Of a stretch of 64,000 nucleotides of DNA, positions 52,110-64,000 are shown one piece after another. The DNA lies in the NCBI RefSeq assembly GCF_006345805.1, contig NC_043012.1, forward strand, positions 49,228,001 to 49,292,000. Direction: 5' to 3'. The position numbers and the translations under genes are program-made. The notes under the pieces were generated by a model that saw nothing but the letters and a program-made list of their open reading frames with translations, made no database searches and had not been told where the DNA came from. Each line of letters begins with the position of its first letter. The first letter of the stretch is position 1. This DNA is from Octopus sinensis. Taxonomy: Eukaryota.

Positions 52110-52270
52110 TCCAAACAAGAAAACACAGAAAAAAACACAGCAACGCGAGGACGTGGAACAATTAAAGTATTATTTGACGCTCAGGAAAGAAGGGAAGGAG
52201 GGTTCAACGTTTCGAGCGGAGCTCTTCGTCGGAAACAAGGAGAAGGAAAGATCCCGAGAAGGGAAGACAG
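52110..52270 (-). mobile_element. Hammerhead-like family 2, divergent subfamily
   Basis: Motif 52202-52236: GUUU / CCGACGA-A / GAGC-UCC-GCUC / GAA / ACGU / U / GAAC. Confidence 0.6.
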
Positions 52271-52933
52271 AGGAAAAAAAAAATTTTGCTTGTGGTGCTC
52301 AAGAGATCACATGTTGAAAGAACAGAAGTTGAGAGGTAGACGAATCATGATTTTTAAAAACAAGAGAGTTTCAAAGACAAGGATTGTGTGTGGGTGCCTG
52401 TGTGTGTGTGTGTGTGTGCAAGGATGACAAGTGTGTTTGTGCGTGCGTGCGTGTGTGTGTATGTATGGTGAATAATAGGCATGGCAAGCTAGCTGTCATA
52501 AAGGAGTGGCACTTGTTTGTATCCAGCCAGGTCAAAACCAGGTCAAAAAACAAAGGGGTATATGTGTGTGCGTGTAAGTATATGTATCATGTGTGTGTGT
52601 TGTTTGTAGTGTGTGTGTGTGCATGTGTGTGTTCGTGTGTGTATGCGTAGAGTTTGGGTGTGTAGCGAGTAACTGTGCTTAACCTAGTGTATGTGTGCGT
52701 GTGTGCTTGTACGTGCGTGTGTGTGTGTAGGGATGTATGTGTGGGTTCATTTGTGTGAGTGTGTATGTATGTACGTGTATGTGTGTGCGTGTATGTGTGC
52801 GTTTGTATGTGTTTATGTGTATGTGTGCGTGCGCGGATAGGTGTATATTGTGTATGTATATCTGTCGGTGTGTATGGAAATAAATGCCCCAACTTAATCC
52901 CCAACTGGATTTTTTACTTTCATTTTCCACCAG

Positions 52934-52984
52934 ACCTGCTGAGCAGAATTGAAACACTAACCACAATTCAAAATCATGATCCAG
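52934..52984 (+). CDS. Candidate 51-nt internal host exon (phase 1-1), DLLSRIETLTTIQNHDP
   Basis: Long polypyrimidine acceptor TTTTTTACTTTCATTTTCCACCAG, donor CCAG|GTATCT, frame-preserving length, only one open phase; no homology recognised. Confidence 0.3.
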
Positions 52985-53163
52985 GTATCTCTGTTACCTC
53001 ATTCTACAGCTTTTTACCTGAGATAGTATATTACATTCCGCCCGTTTGCCCGATTTCTGTTGGTCCGTTGCTTATTTTCAGTGAGATTGGTGGTTAAGTT
53101 GGGGAAATCAGTGCTGCAGTATGTGACACGGAATGTATCTCTATATGTATGATGATACAATAC

Positions 53164-53216
<53 letters not shown>

Positions 53217-54149
53217 ATGAGGCATGTGGCCTTGTAGCCAAAGTTGTGATCCATAATCATAAATTTGTAAATTCAGGTGCTGACCCGAACCGTGTGGTTT
53301 GCCCTTAAATTATGTACCCAATTTTCATTGTGCGACTCTGCCCACCTGAAAAATAAGCACTGGTTTCCTCTCCTTGTGACATCCCGCAAGTTCCGTTCGA
53401 TTATGAGTGAGGATTTCGGGAGGTTGTTCCTGTTGGTTACCTAAAGTACTCGTGAAGCCTGATACATTTTCCTAAGTTCTAATCGCTTCCGAATTTCTGA
53501 TTTGCTTTCATTCATGTGTACACACACAAGCACGCGCGTGCGCACACACAGGTACTCACACATACACATGTTCATATATATATATGTGTAACATGTGTGT
53601 GTGAGAGTGTGTGTGTAGTGTGTGTGTCTCTGTCTGCATACACACATACAAAATCTCATTCTAATATCCGTATATATATACAAGTACACGTGTTTGCATG
53701 TTTAAGTCTACAAATGCATTTCTACCTAACTAGAGTTGCATCTATAATCCCACAATCCCACAATCCCGCCTTAAATATGGATTAATGATTAATAATCTAC
53801 ACTCATGTGGCATTGTAAATGATAATCCTGGCTATTATGAAATAGTAAAGAAATAACAGACTCTTTAATCATAAAAGCTGAACATTACTAGAATAGGAAA
53901 TGAAAACAACACGCTCCAGTATATCTCTAATTTAGAATTGCGCTAGCATAGAAAAATACAATATATGTGTATCCATATATATTTCATGGAATTTGCTTCT
54001 GTAACATATCAAAGAGGTTTCCAAACTCGTTGGCTTTTCATACTAGATAGAATAAACAAGAGGAAAGAATGAAATACGTAAATACAATCGTTTTGAAATA
54101 GAATATAAAATTCAAATCCAAAAGAAAAACCAAGTGCAGGTGTTACTAC

Positions 54150-54465
54150 TTCGACATCAACACCTTGCAGATCACCTAAGATGGTAGAACACAGCATACT
54201 TTTAAAAGCAGATTCAATGACCGCAAATACTCTTTCAGACATAAGTATTGCATATAGCACATCGAGCTTGACAACTGAAGAGCAGAAGATTTAAAAGAAG
54301 AATTGAAACTGTCGCTTTGTTTGGAACATATTAGATAATGCAGCCCCACGTACGATGAGCCAGAAAATAATGTAAATTATAGTTATTTGAGAAATCTTGA
54401 ATAAAACCAGGAAATCTCCATTATTGAATAAAGAGCAGGTAAATCTTAAACCACTGCTAAGGCAG
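54150..54465 (+). mobile_element. Penelope-type GIY-YIG endonuclease remnant (different subfamily from 16.3 kb)
   Basis: GRTQHTFKSRFNDRKYSFRH, ILDNAAP, LFEK, PLLNK in shifted frames. Confidence 0.7.
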
Positions 54466-54937
54466 CAAAGTTACAATTACTCATATGCTAGATGACATGA
54501 GTATAATTATTTTGCTTCAGCGACAGCTCTGCGTTCTTGACAGTCAGAAAATTGTAGGAAAAATAGTAACAGATATTAAGTCACTTCTCCTGATCTTTAT
54601 CAAGGCCAACAAAGAAATCCTTCATTTTCCTTTCACTCGAAAAAAGGATCAGGAATATAAAAATTCTTATGCTCTAAATTATTTCTCAGCGTTTTTAAGA
54701 ACTCTAAGTTTTTTAAGAACTCTAACAACACACACACAAATACACTCACATACACACACACTTATTAAAACTTTTATGTGTATACTCTACCAATATTTGG
54801 GGATTTCTACATGTGTAGCGAGCACCAAGAACAATCCTGCTGTATTATATATTATACATTAGCGAATACCAGGAGAGGAGCTTTGGAAGGTACACTATGA
54901 GTTGTTACTCAGATTATATTCAAATATATATACATGT

Positions 54938-55260
54938 GTGACGCGTGGCTTAGTGGTTAGGGGCATTCGGCTCATGATCGTAAGGTCGTGAGTTCGAATC
55001 CCGGCGTCTCGTTGTGTCCTTGAGCAAGACACGTCATTTCACGTTGCTCCATTCCACTCACCTGGCAAAAATGAGTAGTACCTGTATTTCAAAGGGCCAG
55101 CCTTGTCACAGTCTGTATCACGCTGAATCTCCCTGAGAACTACGTTAAGGGTACACGTGTTTGTGGAGTGCTTAGCCACTTGCACGTTAATTTCACGAGC
55201 AAGCTGTTCCGTTGATCGCATCAGCTGGGACCCTCGTCGTTGTAATCAACGGAGTGCTCC
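54938..55260 (+). mobile_element. tRNA-derived CORE-like SINE
   Basis: A-box TGGCTTAGTGGTTAGG, B-box GAGTTCGAATCCC, TTGTGTCCTTGAGCAAGACAC core. Confidence 0.8.
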
Positions 55261-55445
55261 TTATATATATATTTGCCATGCCGGAGAACCAACTCACTGG
55301 AGTTCAAGTCGAAGAAAAGGACCTCAAGATCTATCCTTTGTAAGCTTGTTATGTATTCTATCGGTCACTTTTGCCGACCTGCTACGTTACCGAGACGTAA
55401 AGAGACCAAACAGACACAAACAGATACACAATTGCATAAATGAAT

Positions 55446-55478
<33 letters not shown>

Positions 55479-55532
55479 AACACACAAACACACACACACA
55501 TACATATAGTTGGAATTTACCAAAATAACATA

Positions 55533-55697
55533 GCAAAAGACGAAGACGGATGTGTAGACAACAATCAGATGTATTAGTTTAACGCTCGGGAACTGAGAAA
55601 GTCTTTTCCGTTTCGAGCCTACGCTCTTCAACAGAAAGGAACACAGAAATATGCAGAGAGAGAAAATAAATAGGTTTAGTGGCTAGCGATCAATCTT
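55533..55697 (-). mobile_element. Short non-coding repeat, hammerhead-like family 2
   Basis: GTTTCGAGCCTACGCTCTTCAACAGAAAG at 55610-55638. Confidence 0.7.
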
Positions 55698-55699
55698 AT

Positions 55700-56012
55700 A
55701 TGTGGCTTTGTGGCTTTGTGGTGAGAGTCTTACTTCACAACCACATGGTTCTGTGTTCAATCCTATTCCGTGGCATATTGGACAAGTTTCTTTTATTGTA
55801 GCCTCAGGCCCACTAAATTCTTGCATATATAAATAAATATATTTATTTATTTATACGACGAGTATCTTTCAGTTTCTGTCTACCAACTCCAATCGCAAGG
55901 ATTTAGTGGGCGTGAGGGTGCGATAGAAGGAGACTTGTCGAAGGTGCGACGGTGTGGGACTGAACCCAGAATCATGTGCTTGTGATGTAAGACTCTCTCC
56001 ACAGAGCCACAC
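55700..56012. mobile_element. Two degenerate SINE-A 5' halves in inverted orientation
   Basis: 55700-55825 (+) and 55855-56012 (-). Confidence 0.7.
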
Positions 56013-56269
56013 AGCGACATTTACATACACACATATATATATATACATACATACACACGCACACATATATGCATATATGTCCACATAAATATAGTCACAC
56101 ACACACACGCATATATTATATATATATATATAGTATTGTTATATATATATGTGTGTGTGTTTATACATATATATATATATATATAAATATAAATATAAAT
56201 ACACATATATATACACATACTCAAATATGCATGGTTATTTGTTTCGTTCTCCCCCACCCACCTCTTTCA

Positions 56270-56304
<35 letters not shown>

Positions 56305-56642
56305 GATATATCTATATGTGTGTATGTATGTTTTCAGGTATGTATATACATAATTTATCCCGAGGTTGTGAAGCGTATATGATTGATGAATATTTTGATG
56401 AGATATTTTGTCTGAAGTATCTCCACGACGATTCCAATTCATCGTTTTCTATCAAATGTTCTATTGTCATCGTCCGTTCAACTATCTTTTTCAACATATT
56501 TTTGCTCGGCAGTGTACGCTCTTCCATACATATGTACATACTTACATATCTACGCACTTGCATGTATCCATACAGACATTATTATAAACGCACATACATA
56601 ATTAGTTAAATACATACATACATACATACATACATACATACA

Positions 56643-56673
<31 letters not shown>

Positions 56674-56808
56674 GCATACGTATATACATAATTCATAAAC
56701 ATTAATGAATATGCATTCATACAGAACTATCTATCAGTCATCTTTTTGTGCCTATATACACATACAAATAACTCACACAAACAAACGAGCATATGTATAT
56801 ATATATAT

Positions 56809-56876
<68 letters not shown>

Positions 56877-56942
56877 TATATATATATAACTGTATGAATA
56901 AAAATGTATGTATAATGCATGTATCTACATGTATGTATGTCA

Positions 56943-56980
<38 letters not shown>

Positions 56981-58470
56981 GTATTTATATCTATGTATAA
57001 ATATGACATATATATATGACGTATATATACACTCATATACACTCAGTGTATATATATATACATATATATATGTGTGTGTGTGTATATATATATATATAGA
57101 GAGAGAGAGATGCATACATAAATATATAAGTATGCATCTATGCGTGCATATATATACGTACAATATACATATTACATACATGCATGCATATATCCCTCCC
57201 TCCCTCCCTCATCCATCCATCCATATATACATACATAAGTATGACTCTCGGTTAAGTTACTCGCTTAAAATGGATGTTTGATCCAAACGCACTACCGTAT
57301 CTCTCAGGATGTCATCTCGAGGCCAATGACTTATGAGGGAAATATGACAGACGGACAACAAATGAAAGATCTTCCTATGTATACATACGCCGGACTTTGT
57401 GTATTCCATTATGAATATATGTTAATACCTTGTTTTACCTACCTCTTCAAATACAAAGAAATGCTCTAAACGGCAAGAACATATGCCATAGTTGAACTTC
57501 ACTACTTGATTTTATTAATCCACTATTACACAAAAGTAAGACTTTTGTAAACACTCCCCTAGTATTGTAGTGATCCTATGACCGATACCAGTAAAATAGT
57601 TAAAGATGTATGAATGAAAATAAATAGATCTTCCTCTATCGGCGAACTTTTTTGTTTGTTTAAATAAACTAGTCGTTCTTTGATTGTAAGTTCAATTGGT
57701 TGAGTAGTCCACGGACAAGTGTACTACTGCAGTTAATGCGAGATGATACCCAGTTTATACAAAAGCTGGACGTTTGCTTTTTATGCCCGATCCATCCGCT
57801 AAGCTTCCCCCATATCTCCATATACCCATTTCCTCTGACAGGGATTTGGGTTCATCTGGGTCTTTGGCAAGTGATAACTACTCAAACAGCCATGATATGG
57901 GTTCGAACCCGATATCTTATGATGATAAGGCAAATTTCTTAATCATTCGGTGAAATTTTAAGTTTAATTACAAACACACATACACACACACACACACACA
58001 CACTCACACAAACACACGCACACACACGCATACACAAAGGCGGAGCTGGTGGTGCATCTCTTCTTTGAGCAAGTTACTTCATTTCATGTCTCTACTCAGT
58101 TGAAAGTGAATACCTATGAAATACGGTGGAACAGCTTTTCTTCCAAATGCTACACTCGATATTCCGGTTAGCCAGGAGAATTACTGTAAAATTATTTATA
58201 GATAAATATATTGGTCAATCAAATTCCGATTTTCAAATTTCATTTCTGCTCTTTACAATTTTACAATTTTACGTATTACATATTACATTATTTCAAGTAC
58301 ATTCTCGTCTTACAACAATATTCAAGGAAACTTTTATGTAGTGGTGGCATTAACAAACAGCTAACGTACTTTACATTTGAGAATGGTATTGAATTGATTG
58401 AATTTTTCTTTTGAATCAATACGGGTTGCTAAATGAAGTTGGACATTGACCATGCTTATTCATAGTTATA

Positions 58471-58782
58471 TATTTCTTTACTACCCACAAGGGGCTAAAC
58501 ACAGAGGGGACAAAGAAGGACAGACAAACGGATTAAGTCGATTATATCGACCCCAGTGTGTAACTGGTACTTAATTTATCGACCCCGAAACGATGAAAGG
58601 CAAAGTCGACTTCGGCAGAATTTGAACGCGGAACGTAGCGGCTGACGAAATACCTATTTCTTTACTTAATTTATCGACCCCGAAAGGATGAAAGGCAAAT
58701 CAACCTCGGAACGTAACGACAGACGAAATACGGCTACGCATTTCACCCGGCGTGCTAACGTTTCTGCCAGCTCGCCGCCTTT
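58471..58782 (-). mobile_element. SINE family B with partial internal tandem duplication
   Basis: 12-bp TSD TTCATAGTTATA at 58459-58470 and 58783-58794. Confidence 0.9.
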
Positions 58783-60099
58783 TTCATAGTTATACATTAA
58801 CCATTAAGTGACACTACCGGAAGATCTAGATTCAATTAGATCTATAATCATACGCACGCACACACATATCACACTCCGCCCCCCCTCTTATAAATGTGTG
58901 TGTGTCTGTGTGTTCTATTTCAATTTGAACATTATTATTACTGGCCTTCCCTGGTCAGTCACTGGTTCTATGGTTTACCATTTCTAAAAACCGAATGGTG
59001 CAAGCAATTCTAAACGCCAGGGATCAACGTAGAGGTATATGTACACACACACACACACATATATATATATATGCATATACATACATACATGCATACAAAC
59101 ATACATACAAACAACATACATACATACATACACACACACGCATACACACACATATATATATACAATTACGATGAACGTAAACAAACAAACGAAGTTTTGC
59201 TCTAGAAGCGTTGAGAAGTCTTAGAAAGTTAAAGAAGTGATTTTAAATTCTGAAACGTAGGATAATGCTAATAACATAGCCTGAACAGGATAAGCTACAC
59301 CTATTTTGCAGAGAGGTCATTCATGACGGAAGGTAATGAATGACCAGCACCAGCTATTGCTAGAAACAAGAGCTGAAATAACTCAAATGCCACAAATAAC
59401 TGTACTTAATGACTGGCAAAGGGAGATAAGTCCCCACCGTATATATCCGTATCAAATGATTTCGGATTTTGATGCATAGCATCTTAATCCTCGTCCGCGA
59501 CTCTTAACTCCAAGGGTTAAACTCAACTACTTCTGTCAATCTTGTAAGAAAAGCCGTTGAAAACTTGTGCTGATTTTCAAAGCGTTAAAAGTGTGAACAA
59601 CAGGTTAAACGTGTGTCTTATATGCAGCATGAATCTATATGCAGCATGAGTCTAAAAGCAAAATTAAATTGTTAATAAGCCATCCTATCAGAAAAAATGT
59701 GAATCAATGGGAACATATTATCCACGAGTCGAACATCTATAATTTTTGTTTATTAAAATAAATAAAAATGAAAATTAGCTACTCGGAAAAGAAAACAATT
59801 AATACCAATAATGGGTGCTAAAACTTATGATTTGATGAATTGGTGCATTTAGAAAGTCATATAGAATGCTATGATGTCCTATGCACCTTCGATGAGTCAT
59901 CAAAATGTCAGGTAAATACTGAGATTGAGTTCTTTCCGTTACCTCTCCTTGTGTTTTTCTGTCTGTCTATGTGTCAGTCTGTCTCTGCACCCATTCATCG
60001 CTTATGCTGCGTATGTAGGACTGCCGCTTGAGAACATATTCATTGTATCGTTGCTTACAAGTCAAGAGAGTAACAACCTGTTTTTAAAAAATACTAATA

Positions 60100-60620
60100 T
60101 ATAGGCGAAGAAGTGGCCGTATGGTAAAAAGTATGCTTCAAGTGGAGGCACATAGCCTAGTGGTTAGAGCAGCGGACTCGCGGTCGAGGGATCGCGGGTT
60201 CGAATCTCATACTGGGCGATGTGTGTGTTTATGAGCGAAACACCTACGCTCCACACGGCTCCGGCAGAAGGTAATGGCGAACTTCTGCTGACTCAAGATT
60301 AAGGTGGCGAGCTGGCAGAAAGGTTAACACGCCGGGCGAAATGCGTAGCCGTATTTCGTCTGCCGTTACGTTCTGAGTTCAAATTCCGCCAAGGTCAACT
60401 TTGCCTTTCATCCTTTCGGGGTCGATAAATTAAGTACCAGTTGCGCACTGGAGTCGATGTAATCGACTTGATCCCTTTGTCTGTCCCTGTTTGTCCCCTC
60501 TATGTTTAGCCCCTTGTGAGTAATAAAGAAATAAAAAAGCATGCTTCTAAACCACAAATTTCTGGGTTCAGCCCCATTGTGCAAGTTTTTTCTATTGTTG
60601 TCTCAGGCCTTTTGAGAAGA
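60100..60620 (+). mobile_element. Composite: old SINE-A split by a tRNA-SINE (60141-60294) joined to SINE-B (60300-60533)
   Basis: 14-bp TSD AAAAAG(T/C)ATGCTTC at 60126-60139 and 60534-60547 brackets both inserted SINEs. Confidence 0.75.
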
Positions 60621-60894
60621 GCATTGTTGCTCAATAGTATTGAGAAGAGCATTATCGTTGTAAATCTTCTTTCGTTTTTCTCCCATTATTTTGTTTGTTT
60701 ACTTTTCTGTTTGTCATTTTTCCTTTTTCACTCTGTCTTCCCTTTTTTCTCTACCACATGACACTGTAAATGAACAACCTGGTGTGTTTGTTTTAATGTC
60801 CTACCAACGTATACAGTGCGTTTCTCTGCCCTAGGGATCTGGAAGACACTCGGCAAGAAGTGGAAACAAAATCGAAAGAAGATGCTGATGAAAA

Positions 60895-60899
60895 TAATA

Positions 60900-60946
<47 letters not shown>

Positions 60947-60980
60947 TAATAATAATAATAATGATGATGATGATGATGAT
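60895..60980. repeat. (TAA)n/(GAT)n microsatellite
   Basis: Trinucleotide arrays. Confidence 0.9.
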
Positions 60981-61465
60981 TATGCCGAAATGTCGCTAAG
61001 CATTTCGCTCGGCTTACTAGAGATTCTGCCAGTTCGCCGTTTTAACAACAACAACAACAATAATGATTTCTTTTATTTGCCACTAGGGTGAAGGATGGGT
61101 GGGACAAGAGAACGACAGATATAAAGTGGCTTATATATAATGGAATGATAAAATGAAAAAGTATACACGGTATGTATTAGAAGAAGGTAAGTTTACATAG
61201 TATATGACACAGGGGGGAAACAGGTGATCGTGATGGGATCTCTCTTATCCAGGAGCACCTCTAGGATAATAAAGGAACCCCACCATCCAAGATCACCCTG
61301 AATACCAAGGACGAGAGCCTTTGTCAACTTCATTATTCCGACTTACAGGTCTACACTGAGAGTGATACCAACCACTCTTGCAATTTTCGCAACTTTCACC
61401 TACTTTTTCATAATAATAATAATAATAATAACAATAATAATAACAATAATAATAATAATAATAAT

Positions 61466-61781
61466 CATGGCTCGGCTTCGCGAACGAAGATCAGGAAGGC
61501 TGTCCACGTCGAGTGCATGCACGCGCATGACTGACAAGTCCAATATGGGAAAGGCAGGTCTGTGAGAAGTGTCCACAGACGAAGGTAACATCTGGTGTGG
61601 TGTCAGAGGCGGCTCGCACCTTCCTCCTGCGTCTCTTGTCTTTAAGTGCGTCTCTTCTTTGTTCCTCAAACTTGCTGACTGCGTTGAAGATCGTGTGGCG
61701 CCAGACATCACGGTCCACAGCCAGGTCTGACCAGCATTGGTGGTTAATTTGACATGCTGTTAGAGACTTCTTGAGACAGCA
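61466..61781 (-). mobile_element. RTE/RTE-X-type LINE 3' end with C-terminal zinc-finger-like motif
   Basis: DRDVWRHTIFNAVSKFEEQRRDALKDKRRRRK..FVCGHFSQTCLSHIGLVSHARAC; (TAA)n on both sides. Confidence 0.75.
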
Positions 61782-61782
61782 T

Positions 61783-61836
<54 letters not shown>

Positions 61837-62379
61837 ATCAGTATACCAAAATATTTCACTCATATACGAAATATAGGTTCCTGTCAGACACGTTGTTGCA
61901 GAAAACCAAGCTTGTGATGATATAAATAACATGCGGTAATGCGACTTGCCTGTATATGAATTGAAGCAATGCGCAAGAATGCGATGTCACTGCAGAGAAA
62001 CACTGTGAGTACAAATAATAACCGTATATGCAGTCTCATCTCTACGCAAATACACATAAATGTAATGTTTATATAATTCTTCGCACATGAGCAAGACAAC
62101 GTGAGAACATAGGGTTTAAACAAATCAAAAGACACACATAATAATAACAATAATATAATATGTAACACGTCTTATTTTAAATAAAGAATAAAAAAAACAT
62201 ATGCTCGGAAATAAAGCTTCGAAAGCAAATAGAAGCTAATTTCTATCTATGAGCTTGAGGTGCTTAGGATATGAAAACAAAATTCACATACAAGGAACGG
62301 TGATGGGTTGAAAAATTACCTCTGAGCAGGAAGGACTCCCTACTAATGTCACTGCCAAAGCGGAAAACAAAACCAAAAG

Positions 62380-62475
62380 AGAACAGTGGGGAGAAGACGA
62401 TAGTAGTTGGAGCCAAAATAGCACCTCAAGACGGTTACGATACCAATGATTATGGGAGCACTTGAAATGACAAAT
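62380..62475 (+). mobile_element. R4/Dong-type C-terminal remnant
   Basis: HLKTVTIPMIMGALEMT matches LKTETIPIIVGALGMI of the 37.7-kb copy. Confidence 0.55.
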
Positions 62476-62855
62476 GTTTAGCGCACAAGGGGCTAAACAC
62501 AGAGAAGACAAACAGATTAAGTCGATTATATCGACCACAGTGCGTAACTGGTACTTAATTTATGGACCCCGAAAGGATGAAAGGCAAAGTAGACCTCGGC
62601 GGAATTTGAACTCAGAACGCAACGACAGACGAAATACCTATTTCTTTATTACCCACAAGGGGCTAAACATAGAGGGGACAAACAAGGACAGACGTAGGTA
62701 TTAAGTCGATTACATCGATGCCAGTGCGTAACTGGTACTTATTTAATCGACCGCAAGAGGATGAAAAGCAAAGTCGACTTCGGCGGAATTCGGACTCAGA
62801 ACACAACGTCAGACGAAATACCGCTAAGCATTTTGCTCGATGCGCTAGCGGTTTT
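62476..62855 (-). mobile_element. SINE family B, two tandem bodies plus head
   Basis: Units joined at GACGAAATACC (~62628-62638). Confidence 0.85.
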
Positions 62856-63079
62856 GTCACAAGGTTAACAATTTTCAAGGGAGAAAATTTGTTGTTCTCG
62901 GAAGGATAAAAATCTATAAATTAAATGTACCCTAAGATCTCCTTGCACGAACTTATCAGATACTTAATTGCGATATAACATAATACTTAACTGTATATCA
63001 TACTATACAATGCTGCACTATATGTCAGTGTATATTTGTGTATATATATGTATATATATGTCTGTGTGTGTGTGTGTAT

Positions 63080-63112
<33 letters not shown>

Positions 63113-63254
63113 GGCATGTATATATATGTATATGTGTATTATATACATATACATATATATATATATATATATGTATGCACGCATCTATGTGTGTGCGTTT
63201 GTGTGTCTATATGTGTGTACAGTTGCTAGTACATACATAATACCTGATAAGAAA

Positions 63255-63485
<231 letters not shown>

Positions 63486-64000
63486 ACCGTGTAAAGTTTT
63501 GCTACGCGTGACATTTCTGAAGACGTAATACCACCTGAAATGAAAAGAACACTTTGGAAAGTGTTATGGTGCATAAAAATTGAAAATCGCAGCTTTCAGC
63601 TTAGTTTGCAGCTGTGTTAACATTGTAGACAAATAAAACATATACACAGAAAGCAAATAGCAACTGTGGATAAGTTAAAACATTGAGAAGACTGCAATGA
63701 AATTCTGACAGTGAGAAAGAAAGATAGAGCGAGGGGAAAAGAAGGCGAGGAGATTAGCATGATATGAAGTAAAATAGATGAGTTTCGTTTCTCGGTTATC
63801 ACTATCAAACACTAAATAATCTGGCAGGTGACGATGTCAACTCATTGTTAAAATCGAAACGGTGTGAAAAAGTTGAGAAAGATTTAACGACGAAATGAAT
63901 ATCAGTCGTTGGGAGCGATTGATCATTCATCGACGAGATTCGATAGTTGTTGGCTGGAAGCTTATAATTGCTTACAAATTAACAAGAGTATTAGTCATTT

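Noticed and set aside
54938-55015. tRNA gene (also 23507-23580 and 60141-60215)
   Set aside because: A and B boxes are present but there is no closed cloverleaf, and each runs into a SINE body.
56312-56563. Overlapping open frames on both strands (MLKKIVERTMTIEHL..)
   Set aside because: Starts lie in microsatellites, no motif recognised, length compatible with chance.
59313-59333. 21-nt micro-exon between TTTTGCAG and GTAATG, inside a short hairpin
   Set aside because: Directly follows a dispersed repeat also seen at 43655-43725; no independent support.
63487-63533. Minus-strand exon after a strong acceptor (GGITSSEMSRVAKLYT)
   Set aside because: Only a weak GTTTAT donor, runs into (TCTA)n, no partner exons or homology.

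Overview
AT-rich, microsatellite-saturated animal genomic DNA with no recognisable intact host gene. The repeat complement points to a cephalopod, most likely Octopus (inference, not database-verified): several tRNA-derived SINE families at very high density, Penelope-like elements (PLEs), R4/Dong, HERO and RTE LINE remnants, Tc1/mariner relics and a small Helitron. Almost all ORF-track entries are translations of (TA)n/(TG)n/(TAA)n microsatellites. The recognisable coding sequence is all decayed transposon: RTE RT 3' end (39.2-39.9 kb), R4/Dong endonuclease ends (4.9, 37.5-38.1, 47.2, 62.4 kb), HERO-like (26 kb), Penelope RT/GIY-YIG (16.3-17.3, 27.5-28.4, 54.2 kb) and Tc1/mariner (0-0.6, 30.2, 31.3-32.4, 36.8, 37.1 kb). 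The most notable signal is about 10 hammerhead-ribozyme-like motifs in three short non-coding repeat families. One, at 33122-33186 (-), is fully base-paired; another family carries a variant core with co-varying helices. Other notable structures: a nested fold-back at 4.9-6.9 kb, a ~537-bp non-coding element confined to (TAA)n tracts, a 147-bp spacer-less palindrome, tandem SINE multimers, a TTAGGG-carrying TIR element and a local templated duplication. A few possible small host exons are listed at low confidence.
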